64,000 nucleotides of DNA from Squalus acanthias (taxonomy: Eukaryota): assembly GCA_030390025.1 (NCBI GenBank), contig CM059432.1, forward strand, positions 106,332,001 to 106,396,000, in the 5' to 3' direction. Below the pieces are notes generated by a model. That model worked only from the letters and a program-made list of their open reading frames with translations. It made no database searches and was not told the DNA's origin. Each line of letters starts with the position of its first letter. The stretch's first letter is position 1. The position numbers and the translations under genes are program-made. Of this stretch, positions 24,114 to 37,362 are shown one piece after another.

Positions 24114-25353
24114 TAGAATCATAGAAAGTTACAGCACGGAAGGAGGCCATTTCGGTCCATCGTGTCCGCGCCGGCCAACAAAGAGCTATCCAGCCTAATC
24201 CCACTTCCCAGCTCTTAGTCCGTAGCCCTGCAGGTTAGAGCATCCCAAGTGCACATCCAAGTACTTTTTAAATGTGCTTAGGGTTCCTGCCTCTACCACC
24301 CTTTCAGGCAGTGAGTTCCAGACCCCCACAACCCTCTGGGTGAAGAAATTTCCCCTCAAATTCCCTCTAAACCTTCCACCAATTACTTTAAATCTGTGCC
24401 CCCTGGTTTTTGACCCCTCTGCTAAGGGAAATAGGTCCTTTCTATCCACTTTATCTCGGCCCCTCATAATTTTATACACCTCAATAAGGTCTCCCCTCAG
24501 CCTCCTCTGTTCCAAGGAAAACAGACCCAGCCTATCCAGTCTTTCCTCATAGCTAAGATTCTCTACTCCCAGCAACATCCTTGTAAATCTCCTCCTGTAC
24601 CCTCTCTAGTGCAATCACATCTTTCCTGTAATGTGGTGACCAGAACTGCACGCAGTACTCTTGCTGAGGCCTAACTCGTGTTTTGTACAGTTGAAGCATA
24701 ACCCCCCTGCTCTTGTATTCTATGCCACGGCTAATAAAGGCAAGCATTCCGTATGCCTTCTTAACCACCTTATCTTCCTGGCCTGCTACCTTCAGGGATC
24801 TGTGGACATGCACTCCAAGGTCCCTTTGTTCCTCTACACTACTCAGTGTCTTACCATTTAATGTATATTCCCTTTCCTTGTTAGCCCTCCACAAATGCAT
24901 TACCTCACACTTCTCTGGATTGAATTCCATTTGCCACTGTTCTGCCCACCTGACCAATTTATTGATATCTTCCTGCAGTCTACAGCTTCCTTCTTCAGTA
25001 TCAACTACACAGCCGATTTTAGTATCATCTGCAAACTTCTTAATCATACCCCCTATATTCAAGTCTAGATCATTGATATATACCACAAAAAGCAAGGGAC
25101 CTAGTACTGAGCCCTGCGGAACCCCACTGGAAACAGCCTTCCAGTCACAAAAACACCCATCAACCATTACCTTCGGTTTCCTGTCTCTGAGCCAGTTTTG
25201 AATCCAACTTGACACTTTGCCCTGGATCCCATGGGCTTTTAACTTCATGACCAGTCTGCCATGTGGAACCTTATCAAAAGCCTTGCTAAAGTCCATATAC
25301 ACTACATCAAACGCACTGCCCTCATCTACCCTCCTTGTTACCTCCTCAAAAAT
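24114..25353 (-). mobile_element. CR1 LINE, 5'-truncated, nested in family B
   Basis: DFSKAFDKVPH, GVPQGSVLGP and KFADD motifs; TTCTATGATTCT tail. Confidence 0.92.
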
Positions 25354-25970
25354 AGCATGCATGTAGTTCTGTGTTGTAGGTTCACCAGGTTGGCACCTTA
25401 TTTTTAGGTACGCACGGTGCTGCTCCTGGGCCTGAAGTCAGTGCTGGAAGGGTGGGGGAGTGGGAGCTTGGGCCTGAAGTCAGTGCTGGGAGGGTGGGAT
25501 AAAATGAGAAGTCAGGCTGGGAGGGAGGGAGATGTTGGGAAATGAGCAGTAGATGGGCCAATTCCTATTCCATTGGACCTCGCATCAGAGGGTTAGAGAA
25601 AAGCATTTTATTCAAGTTTTATAAATTTAATATAATGTTGCAGAGCAGGGAAAGCAAGAGAGAGTTGGGACTGGCAGGTCGAGATCCCCAAGGAAATACC
25701 TGTGGTTCCAGACAGGAGCAGCCAGAATGAGGCAAGATGTAGAGCAGTTGTAATTATTGGAAGAAAAGCAATCTGTTAAATTCCTGGCCCTACTGGTCCA
25801 TGGAAGTCATGCCATCAGATTACTACAATAGTTGCAGGAGATAGACTTGTTGGGCCGAATGGATTTTTACTGTTTTTTTATGTATGTTCTTAATATGCAG
25901 TATCTCCAGAATTCAGCGAGTAACTGTGAACAGCAATAGACAATACAATCCCAGTTATAAAAGTACCCAC

Positions 25971-26119
25971 TGGATGTATGGAGCAATATTTTCCTCGGTC
26001 CACTTGTCCCTGATGTTGAAGAGGCTGTTGAAACGTTCCTGTGTGCTCTCTGACAAATCCTCCACATTTAGTTGAAAAATCACTTGTGGCCTTGAGTTTC
26101 TATCCACAAGAGCTACACC
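25971..26119 (-). CDS. DSCC1: DSCC1 exon 8: GVALVDRNSRPQVIFQLNVEDLSESTQERFNSLFNIRDKWTEENIAPYI(Q)
   Basis: 149 nt, AG/GT boundaries, homologous to human GLALVDRHSRPEIIF..QERFNSLFSLREKWTEEDIAPYIQ. Confidence 0.95.
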
Positions 26120-29059
26120 CTGTATCGTAGAAAAAATTAGAAAAAACACACAATAAAGCACAAAATAAAAAAAGTGAAGTTAAAAAACAGCAGTTTCATT
26201 ATCAAATGGATGGCAAATGTCCAGTGACAGAATACTTATAACTTCAGCTTAACTTCTCTGGTTAGAGTAAAACTAAATTTGACTCTAAACCTAGGCAAAT
26301 TATGATGCTACTTTTGTCAGCTGCCAAAAAGGCTTTCAAAAGTAGTCCAGAAGGCACTCTTCCCTGCCCTCCCTTCTATCGGTTACGCAAATCTGTGGTA
26401 AATGTGGTAGAGCCACAGAACAGAGGGTCGCAGATTTAATCCCTGATCTGTGCTAAGTTGAGCTGATAGCCAGGCAATGGTAAGCTCTACTGGCCTTATC
26501 GCTGCTAAGCTAGAAAGAGGGCAGGGCAAATCAAGTCAGCTAGGGTTTCTACTCCTCGGTGAGGAAAGGATTGGCTGCAGCTTTGCTGCCCTGTGGGGGT
26601 GAATAGGTCTGCTGACATTCAGTTCCAAGTCCACACATGAAGAATGGCCATGGAGTGAAATACTCGAAGCCACTGGCACCAACTCCCAACAAGAGTTACT
26701 GTCCTCTAAATATTAGGAGAGAAATCAGGATGTAAAAGGTAAGCACCTTACTGGACTCTCCCTATTCCATCTTCCTCCTGCACTCTGGACAAGGTATATT
26801 GACTATATTTAGCATCACTTCACAGCAGCAAGTCTGAAACCAAGAATTCAATGGAGGTTGGGAGATTGAACTTCCATTCCACCATTCTATGGTACTCTGT
26901 GTTAATTCTCCAATCTGATCAGCTATCTAAATTTGTTTTCAAAATTTGAATTTGAAGGCTGACATTTCATACACTGTCAAGAACCCTGGTTTTAGAAAAT
27001 TGGGCACAAACAATACATGCTAAAAATGGGAAGTTCAAGTGTGACTGTTGCGCTGTACTGGGGGTCAAATGCAGGCCAATCACAGTTCAGTACTCTGCTG
27101 GATCAAGCACTCCCGAAAGCATCCAAAGGGTCTTGGCTTTTGCTCTCTCAATAGCTCAGGAAGTAGCTGAGTCACAGAGATCTCAGCAGGGCCAGTGGTA
27201 GAGGCACTCCAATTAACTTCCATGCCCTGGGTTGGTGGGGGCGGGGGTGAAATCAGCCAAGGTTCCCACCCCTGATCACCACCTTTCTGGAAGTGGGTGA
27301 GCTCAATTGTGATGCCACCCCAGCTCGAATATCCTGCTAACACTCAGAGTCTAGGTTCACACAAAGAATGACCACTTGAGCGAGTTACTGCAGAGTGTGC
27401 TGTCCCCATGGCACTGTATTCCAGCAGGGAGTCAATACCTTCAGCAGAGGAAAAGAAATTAGCTCAAAAAAGGGTTTAAAAAAAACCCTTTGCTTTTATT
27501 GGTTTGTGTTTCTATTTTTTGGCTCAAAGTTGTATTTTTATAGTCAAAATATTTCACACAGCTTCAAAAAGCAGTGATATATTTCAATGATGATATTATT
27601 TTACAAAAGAAAACAATGCATGGCCTGTTTTCTGACATTTAGCATTCACAATTAAATTAGTTGGACAAAATGCCAGCATTATAGAGTACATGTAACTATT
27701 GCTGACAAATTCAAGTTCTGTTCACATCTATTCAGAACATGGGAGCTGTCTCTCTACAGAGCAGTATGTAAGTTTTGCTATGCCCATGGTAATCTCTATG
27801 ATATCTTGGAGCCTAGCTAGTATACTGCTTGGTAATGGTTCAAACAACACACACATTCGCGGTTTTTCTGATTCTTTCTTGCTTTGTCTGGGAGCTCGAC
27901 ATATCCACAGGTCCGTTCTGCAAAGGAATAGTCCTGGTCATAGAAAGGGTAGTTGAACAGTCCTTTGACTGATGAATGTGCCATAAACAACCTGCCCTAT
28001 ATGAGGTGACCGTATTATCAAAGAATGAGGGAAATGAAGGAGGGGGTTAAACATGGAGAAGTTACTATAACTGAAGCAAAACATCTACTTAAAACATCAG
28101 TGCCAAAATATCAAGGGTTACCAAGAGATAGTGATATCTGTAACTTTCAGAATCACCATAGACAGTGATTTAAATAATAAAGCATAATTCTCTTCTGGGT
28201 GGACCCCCATACCCCCAGACAGTAACCAGTGTTTTTAGCCACTGTTGTGCAGTTCAGTACTAGCTCCAAAGATGTACTGGCTGAAGTACCACACCGAGTA
28301 GTGATAGATGATGCAATCACCAGGCTCCATGCAATCAATGTTGACAGAAAAGATGAGTAAATCTTTGTCAGTCTCTGGAAATATTCTCTGTATGAACCAG
28401 TCTTCGTAGATGGGCTTTGATCGGCGTAGAAACTCATCACACAGCCTTGAAGCTCAGAGCTTTTCCTACGCGGGTGAGGCACAGGGGCAAGATTGGGCAC
28501 TGGGAGGTCTAGGAACAAGATGGAGGAGGGTATGGGCCAGACAAAGGAGAGAGGCTGATCTCTAAATACATGGGAATAAAGGTTAGGAATTCCAATCTAG
28601 ACCAGGGAAGGTGCTAACAGCAGCTAAGGCTAGGGCTAATGTATAGGCCAGGGGAATGGTGCATGGTTATGTTGCCAAAAAGTTAGTGAATTTTTGTTTT
28701 TAAGGGATTTGATTGTGATTTTTGTTTATTGAATCACTACCTCCACTCCTTCTGGCCTACGAAACACAGACAATCAGGGCGAGCATGTGCTTACCAGCTG
28801 CCAATGAGTTTTCTAGAAAGTGGCACACACCTACTAGGCAATGAGATTATTTAAACAAAAAGGCACAAACTTTTTTTTTAAAATATAGCTATTGTCTGAT
28901 ATTGATCTGGGCCTGGCCATCAAAGGAGGCACAGAGCAGCAATTAGCCATATCCTCAGAGAAAGCAACCAGGGTTGAATAATTCACTCCCCGATTCCTCG
29001 AGCAGAGCACAGTCACTGAGTGGCACTAGCAATACCATGGGTGCAGGTTGCTTTCTCAT

Positions 29060-29380
29060 TCTTTCGGATGAGACATTAAACCGAGGCCCCGTCTGCTCTC
29101 TCAGGTGGATGTAAAAGATCCCATGGCACTTTTTCGAAGAAGAGCAGGGGAGTTATCCCCGGTGTCCTAGCCAACATTTATCCCTCAATCAACATCTAAA
29201 ACAGATTATCTGGTCATGATCACATCACAGTTTGTGGGAGCTTGCTGTGTTCAAATTGGTTGCCGTGTTTCCTACATTACAACAGTGACTCCACTTCAAA
29301 AAGTACTTCATTGGCTGTAAAGCGTGTTGGGACGTCCGGTGGTCGTGTGAAAGGCACTATATAGATGCAAGTCTTTCTGT
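29060..29380 (+). mobile_element. Deu-domain SINE, 5'-truncated
   Basis: Near-consensus Deu-domain, homologous to ~19975-20285. Confidence 0.85.
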
Positions 29381-29579
29381 CTTTTACCAGGGAGTAGGTG
29401 TCTAACATGGGGTTGGTGGTGGGGTGGGATGGAAGAGTGGTGATTGAGCAAACTATCTCAAAAGGATAATAAATAGGGGAGGAGGTTGACTTGTCCAGTA
29501 TTGATACAGGGCAGCACAGAAAAACAACACTAGTACATAAAGTATTAAACAGAATGCCAAGTATTTGAGGAATTTTTAC

Positions 29580-29734
29580 CTTGAGTTGATCCAGCCTTGT
29601 TGACATGCCCTCAGGTACACTCTGCTGCCACACCTCCTCAAACTCTGACAGATTGAATTTTACAGCATTCCGTAACAGCATCAGTGCATTGGATTTGCAG
29701 ACTTCATCCTCATTTAGGGCATAAAAAACTTCTC
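29580..29734 (-). CDS. DSCC1: DSCC1 exon 7: (G)EVFYALNEDEVCKSNALMLLRNAVKFNLSEFEEVWQQSVPEGMSTRLDQLK
   Basis: 155 nt, AG/GT boundaries, conserved NAVKFNL.EF.EVWQQSVPEGM motif. Confidence 0.96.
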
Positions 29735-31614
29735 CTGTTGCAAACAGAGTACAGCACTTTGGTAAGTTATGAACATATGTTCCAACAGAGTCCACAACCA
29801 CATACAGAACAGACACCCTTTTTCACGATCATGACTTTCCACAGAATGTTGTGGTTTAATTTACAGAACAGTATATTAATCTAAACAAATCCAATATCCA
29901 TCTGTAAATGAAAAATTGTCAACTTTTTACCTTGGAATTGGCCCAGACTAAGTGCAGACGTGGGCACTGGGCACCCACACTCACAAAGATCAGTAGGGGC
30001 GGGGCGCCATTTTGCCCATCTAGCTTGCCGTTCCATAGAACCATCACAGCAGCTAATCGCTTTCAGAATGACTCCAGAGTTCTTACCTAAAAAATGGCAG
30101 CTATCCCCTCAGTTGCTTCTGCCCACCTCCTCCCTCAAAGTCAGTTTAGCCTCCCATGAAATGTTCCTCTCCCTCACCTTAGCCACAGAAAGAAGCAGAC
30201 GGAGAAAAAATATCAACCAAAATTAGAGTAACTAACAAAACGTCCAGCACACTCCTTCAATGATGGTGGGTAAATGCACCGTGATGTGGCAATGATATAT
30301 ACAGACCAGGAAAGTCTCTCATCAGCCCTCCACTGGCTGATGTCAGCCTGGATAGCAGTAAGGAGCTACAGTTGCTAGAAATGCATGAGAGGACAGAATT
30401 GGACTCTGCTTCGATGCTCCTACAGTTTGCTGACACTCAGTGTCAAACGATATGGGGCCTAAAAACAGTGCCCACTATCCAAGAGCAAACATTATCCCAG
30501 ATGACTGAGAAGAGAAACAAATCGGTGACATATTCAGTGGATTTGGATGACTTTACAAATCAAATGTATTTAACTGTCAGAGTTTACATACGTTCATTCA
30601 AACCCCAGTATGGTTACGCTGTGTGGAAAAGATAAGCGAGACAGGAAAACTCAAAGGAATATCACTTTTATTTAGCGCTGTCTGGCTTTGTCACTATTTA
30701 AGTCCAGGAAAGTAAATGGAGTAACCAATGACAGGAATAGGCCTGGATTTTGTCTCACAATTAAAATTTTCTCATTGCAAGTCTTTGACATTTGTTTGTT
30801 TAAGGTGATTGACACTTAAAGGTGAATCCCTACTACAAAATGAGTCATCTTGATTGGTCAGCCATCAAAATAGGTAGGAAAAGGAGTCTTACTGTGTGAA
30901 ATTAAATATTAAAAATATTGTGCTTTTTGATATCCAAATCAGAAGGTTGAAAAAGAGGAGGAAAGTCTTGAGATGTTTGGAGAAATCTGCAAAGAGTTCA
31001 GAATACAAGTCTTCTAAGCCAAGGAAGTGTTCAGAGTGAGAGTTCAATGATTTAAGAAGTCTAGTCAGACACAAGCAAGCAATTTAAGCATATCAGTCCA
31101 AGTCTCTGAGAATAGAGGAACAGAAGTTAATAAGGTTATAGATCTACCTACATAGTAAAGTGAAAGGTTAGATCTACCAGGAACAGAAAGACAGCAGAAG
31201 CAGCTCGATCTCGTATGCGTTCCTGAGGAGACCGCGAGTGTCCACAGGGAGGCAGATCCACCCAACTCTGTCTACTGTAAGGTTGTATGATTTCTAAAAA
31301 TAATATTGTCAAAGCCAAGAGCTCATCAGCTTTACTCTGAAATAGACTTTAAATGTATCTGGATAGACTTGTTGCCTAAACTGTAACCTGCTAGCTACAT
31401 AACTTGTAATATTGCCGATTTGTCTCGTATAAATGAACGTAACCCTTTGTTGTATGAAGGAGAGTGCAGCTGCTGCCGAGTTGTTGTGGCTCATTTAAAC
31501 TATGTTGGAAACAGTAAACATTGAACTCTGACAGTTAGTAATTATTCAAGTATTTCATGTACTCCCTAATGCTTAAATTTATGGCAAAATTAATGATGTT
31601 ATCATAGGTTTGTT

Positions 31615-32031
31615 AAAACATAGAAACATAGAATCTAGGAACAGGAGTAGGCCATTCGGCCCATCGAGCCTGCTCCACCATTCAATACGATCATGGCTGA
31701 TCATTCAAATCCAGTACCCTGTCCCTGCTTTAATCCCCACAGTACACATATCCCACCCTACCCCCGTAACCCCACGTATTTAATTCCCCCTAACATATCC
31801 CATCCTATCCCCATAACCCCACCCTAACACTAAGGGTCAATTTATCATAGCCAAATCAACCTAACCCGCACATTTTTGGACTGTGGGAGGAAACCGGAGC
31901 ACCCGGAGGAAACCCACGCAGACACGGGGAGAATGTGCAAACTCCACACAGACAGTCACCCGAGGTCAGATTCGAACCCAGGTCCCTGGCGCTGTGAGGC
32001 ACCAGTGCTAACCACTATGCCACCGTGTTGC
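31615..32031 (-). mobile_element. HE1-like V-SINE with a CR1 3' end attached
   Basis: Reverse complement of the 16240-16490 body, followed by a CR1 3' UTR like 6720-6828. Confidence 0.85.
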
Positions 32032-32469
32032 AATTAGTTCATGCATATCGGTGTCTAATTTTATTTTTGATGACTGGAAAGGAAGAGATGAAGCAAATTT
32101 ACTTGGTGGTGTGCAGTATTCCCACAACAATTGGTTTGGGTAACTTCATACAATTTGAACCAGACTATTCAAATGAACTATACTTTAGGCAACAAATAAA
32201 TCTTAGACACGGAAGGTAAATTTCCATCCCTAAAGTCTGGTCTGGAGTTGAAGGAAAGGGGTTAAAGACTCACCTAGCAGTCTGTGACCAATACACTTTG
32301 CATGGTTTACAGATTTATCACCACGGCAATGTTCTTACAGTTCACACTAGACCATGGTTAAAATCAGTGTCACTTCCTGAAAACTCATCTCTGATCAGGC
32401 TTTTAGTCATCCTTCCTATTCTTACCTTCTTTGGATCGGCATAAGTTATTCCTTGCAAACTGTTGGTTT

Positions 32470-34885
32470 GTTGTACGAACCCAACTGGTTCACTAATGTC
32501 CTTTAGGGAAGGAAACCTGATGTCTTTACTTGGTCTGGCCTATAAGTGACTCCAGTCCCACATTAATGTGGTTGACTCTCAACCTCCCTCTGAAGTGGCC
32601 TAGCAAGCCACTCAGTTGTATCAAACCGCTACGAAGAAAAAACAATAAAAAAAATAAAAATCGGACAGACCACTCAGCTGCAACCTAGGTATCAAATCAG
32701 GACACGACAAAGGCACACCCAGCCCAGTCGACTTTGCAAAGTCCTCCTCACTAACATCTGGGGACTGGTGCCTAAGTTGGGAGAGCTGTCCACAGAATAG
32801 TCAAGCAACAGCTTGACATAGTCATACTCAAAGAATCATAGATATCAGCCAATGTCCCAGACTCCTCCATCACCATGCCTGGGTATTCCCGTCCCACCGG
32901 CAGGACAGACCCACCAGAGGTGGTGGCACAGTGGTATCGAGTTGGGGGGAGTGGCCCTGGGAGTCATCAACATTGACTCCGGATCCCATGAAGTCTCATG
33001 GCTCCAGGTCAAACGATGTCCAGGACATCGCCTTCTAATTACCAGCTATTGCCCTACTCAGCTGATGAATCAGTACTCCTCCATGTCAAACAACACTTGG
33101 AGGAAGCACTGAGGGTAACAAGGGCATAGAATGTACTCTAGGCAAGCACTTCAATGGCCATCACTATGAATTGCTCAGTAGCACCACCATTGACCAAGCC
33201 CTGAAGGATATAGCTGCCAGACTGGGCTTGGGGCAGGCAATGAGAACACCAACATGAGGGAACCTATTTGACCTCGTCCTCACCAATCTACCTGTCGCAG
33301 ATGCATCTGTCCATGACAGCATTGGTGGGAGAGACCACCACACAGTCATTGTGGAGACCAAGACCTGTCTTCACACTGATGACACTACCACCGTGCTAAA
33401 TGGGACAGATTAAGAACAGATCTAGCAGCTCAAAACTGGCCATCCTTGAGGCGCTCTGAGACATCAGCAGTAGCAGAATTGTATTCCACCACAATCTGTG
33501 ACCTCATGGCCTGGCATATGCCTCACTGCTCCGTCATCATCAAGCCAAATACCAATCATGGTTCAATGAGGAGTGTAGAAGAGCATGCCAGGAGCAGCAC
33601 CAGGCGTGGCTAAAAATGAGGTCCTAACCTGGTGAAGCTACAACACAGAACTAAACAGCGAAAGCAGCATGCTGCAGAAAGAGCTAAGTGATCCCACAGC
33701 CAATGGATCAGGTCACTGCTCCGCAACCCTGCCACATCCAGTTGTGAATGGTGGTGGACAATTCAACAACTAACGAGAGGAAGAGGCTGCGTTGCAACTA
33801 TTTTCAGCCAGAAGTGCTGAGTGGATGATCCTTCTTGGCCTCCCACCATCACAGATGCCAGTCTTCAACCAATTCAATTCACTCCACGTGACATTAAGAA
33901 ACAGCTGTGCACAGGACACAGCAAAGGGTACAGGCCCCAACAACATTCCAATTATATTACTGAAGACCTGTGCTTCAGAACTAGAACACCGAGCTAAGCT
34001 GTTTCAGTACAGCTACAACATTGGCATCTACCCAACAATATGGAAAATTGTCCAGGTATGTCCTGTCCATAAAAATCATGATAAATTTCAACCCGGCCAA
34101 TTATTGCTCTATCAGCCTACTCCCAATCATCAGTAAAGTGATGAAGGAGTTGCCAACAGTGCTATGAAGCGGCACTTATTCACTAATAACCTGCACACTG
34201 ATGCTCAGTTTGGGTTCCACCAGGGCCACTTGGCTCAGATCTCAGTACAGCTTGATCCAAACATGGACACCAGAGCTGAATTCCAGGTGTGAGGCGAGAG
34301 TGATGGCCCTGGACATCAAGGCAGCATTTGACCAAGTGTGGCATTAAGGAGCCCTAGTAAAATCAATGGGGATCAGGTAGAAAACTCTCCAGTGGCTGGA
34401 GTCATAACAGGTACAAAGGAAGATGGTTGCGGTCATTGGAGGCCAATCATCTCAGCCTCAGGACATCATCCTAGGCCCAACTATCTTCAGCTGCTTCATC
34501 AATAACCTTCCCTCCCTCATAAGGTCAAAAGTGGGGCTGTTGGCTGATTGCAGTGTTCAGTTCCATTTGCAATTTCTCAGATAATGAAGCTGTCCATGCC
34601 CACAAGTGCCAAGCAACGACCATCTACAACGAGGGAGACTAACCAAATCCCCTTGATATTCAATGGTATTAACATCGCCAAGTCCCCCACCATTAAGATC
34701 CTAGGGTCATCAACTGGAACAGTCACATAAATAGAAGTCAGAGGCTGGGTATTCTGCAATGTGTGGCTCACTTCCTGACTCCCCAAAACCTACAAGGCAC
34801 AAGTCAAGAGTGTGATGGAATATTCTCCACTTGCCGGGATGGGTGCAGCTGCCACAAAACTCAAGAAGGTCAACACCATCCAGGT
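32470..34885 (+). mobile_element. LINE family B, long degenerate copy including the 5' region
   Basis: Collinear with 13831-15655 and with the reverse complement of 59720-64000. Confidence 0.8.
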
Positions 34886-35119
34886 TTTACCTCATATCCA
34901 GACCATGCTATACTTGACTTTGTTTGATGATACAAAAGTGCTCCATTCTGCAACACTAACATCCTTGATGATCAAGAAATAAATACTGACAATTCATTAA
35001 AAAAAAAATCTGTTCTAAGCAGACTGGCAAATGATTTTGAGTCGCAGTTAATTAACACAGGTTAATGTCTGGATTTCCCAAATATTATGTCCCAAACTTC
35101 CCGAGTGTCAGGTAAAGGA

Positions 35120-37340
35120 AACCGGGCCAAGTGTTTGATTTGTATGTGGGAGAGCACTTTGGAGATAGTGACCACAATTCGGTAACTTTCACTATTGCAA
35201 TGGAGAGGGATAGGGCCATACGCAGGGCAGGGTTATAATTGGGGGAGGGGTAATTATGATGCGATTAGGCAAGAATTAGGGAGTATAAGATGGAACAGAA
35301 ACTATCAGGGAAAGGCACAAACGAAAAGTGGAGCTTTTTCATGGAGCAATTACTGCGTGTCCTTGATAGGTATGTCCCTGTCAGGCAGGGAGGAAATGGC
35401 CGAGTGAGAGAACCATGGTTCACAAAAGAGGTTGAATGTCTAGTCAAGAGGAAAAAGGAAGCGTATGTAAGGATGAGAAAACAAGGTTCAGTTGGTCGAT
35501 TGAGGGGTACAAGGTAGCAAGGAATGAGCTAAAAAAAGAGCTTAGGAGAGCTAGGAGGGGGCATGAGAAGTCCTTGGCGGGTCGGATCAAGAAAAATCCC
35601 AAGGCTTTTTACTCTTATGTGAGAAATAAAAGAATGACCAGGGTGAGGGTAGGGCCGGTCAAGGACAGTAGTGGGAACTTGTGCATGGAGTCAGAAGAGA
35701 TAGGAGAGGTGATGAATACTTTTCGTCAGTGTTCACCGAGGAGAGGGGCCATGTTCTTGAGGATGAGAGTGTGATAAAGGTGGATAGGCTGGAGGTGGTA
35801 GATGTTCTGAGGGAAGATGTTTTAGCAATTTTGAAGAACCTGAGGGTCGATAAGTCCCCTGGGCCAGATGGGATATATCCTAGGATTCTTTGGGAGGCAA
35901 GGGAGGAGATTGCAGAGCCTCTGGCTTTGATCTTTGGTCCTCACTGTCCACGGGATGGTGCCAGAGGACTGGAGAGTGGCGAATGTTGTTCCTCTCTTCA
36001 AGAAAGGAAATAGGAATGACCCTGGTAATTATAGGCCGGTTAGTCTTACTTCGGTGGTTGGTAGGATAATGGAAAAGGTCCTGAGGATAGGATTTATGAC
36101 CATTTGGAAAGGGGCAACTTAATCAGGGATAGTCAACACGGATTCGTGAAGGGTAAGTCTTGCCTAACAAATTTGATTGAATTCTTTGAGGAGGTAACTA
36201 AGTGTGTAGATGAAGGTAGAGCAGTTGATGTCGTATACATGGATTTTAGTAAGCGTTTGATAAGGTTCCCCATGGTCGTCTCATGAAGAAAGTAAGGAGT
36301 TGTGGGATAGAGGGAAATTTGGCCGATTGGATAAGTAACTGGCTATCTCATAGAAGGCAGAGGGTGGTGTGGATGGAGCATTTTCGGACTGGAGACCAGT
36401 TACCAGCGGTGTGCCACAGGGTCGGTGCTGGGTCCTCTGCTGTTTGTGATTTTTATCAATGACTTGAGAGGGGACTGAAGGTGGATCAGTAAATTTGCTG
36501 ATGACACCAAGATTGGTGGAGTAGTGATGAGTGGAGGGCAGTGTAGGCTGCAAAGAGACATTGATAGGATGCAGAGCTGGGCCGAAAAATGGCAGATGGA
36601 ATTTAACCCTGATAAGTGCGAGGTGATTCATTTTGGTAGGGCAAATTTGAATAAGGATTACAGGGTCAACGGCAGGGTTCTGAGGAACGTGGAGGAGCAG
36701 AGGGATCTGGGGTTCATATCCACAGATCTCTGAAGGTTGCCACTCAAGTGGATAGAGCAGTAAAGAAGGCCTATGGTGTGTTGGCGTTTATTAACAGAGG
36801 GTTTGAGTTTAAGAACCGTGAGGTTATGCTGCAACTGTACAGGACCTTGGTGAGACCACATTTGGAATATTGTGTGCAGTTCTGGTCACCTCACTATAGG
36901 AAGGACGTGGAAGCATTGAAAAGAGTGCAAAGGAGATTTACCAGGATGCTGCCTGGTTTGGGGGGAGTCTTATGAGGAAAGATTGAGGGAGTTGGGGCTT
37001 TTCTCTTTAGAGCGGAGGAGGATGAGAGGCGACTTAATAGAGGTTTATAAGATGATGAGGGGGATAGATAGAGTGGATGTTCAGAGACTATTTCCTCGGT
37101 AGAGGCAGCTGTTACAAGGGGCATAACATATAAGGTGCATGGGGGGGAGATATAGAAGGGATGTCCGAGGTAGATTCTTTACTCAGAGAGTGGTTGGGGT
37201 GTGGAATGGACTGCCTGCTGTGATAGTGGAGTCGGACACTTTAGGAACTTTCAAGCGGTTATTGGATAAGCACATGGAGCACACCAGAGTGATAGGAGTG
37301 TGATAGCTTGATCTTGGTCTCGGACAATGCTCGGCACAAC
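35120..37340 (+). mobile_element. CR1 LINE, 5'-truncated, heavily frameshifted
   Basis: Fragments EPWF, DKSPGPDGIYP, NYRPVSLTS, SQHGF and LEYCVQFWSP occur in shifting frames. Confidence 0.9.
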
Positions 37341-37362
37341 ATATCTCAGCAAAGAGTCAATG

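Noticed and set aside
29277..29816. 179-aa single-exon ORF
   Set aside because: Only 29580-29734 is DSCC1 exon 7; the rest is intron and SINE read-through.
30640..31500. Possible solo LTR
   Set aside because: The composition is suggestive, but I could not identify TG..CA ends, a TSD or a second copy.
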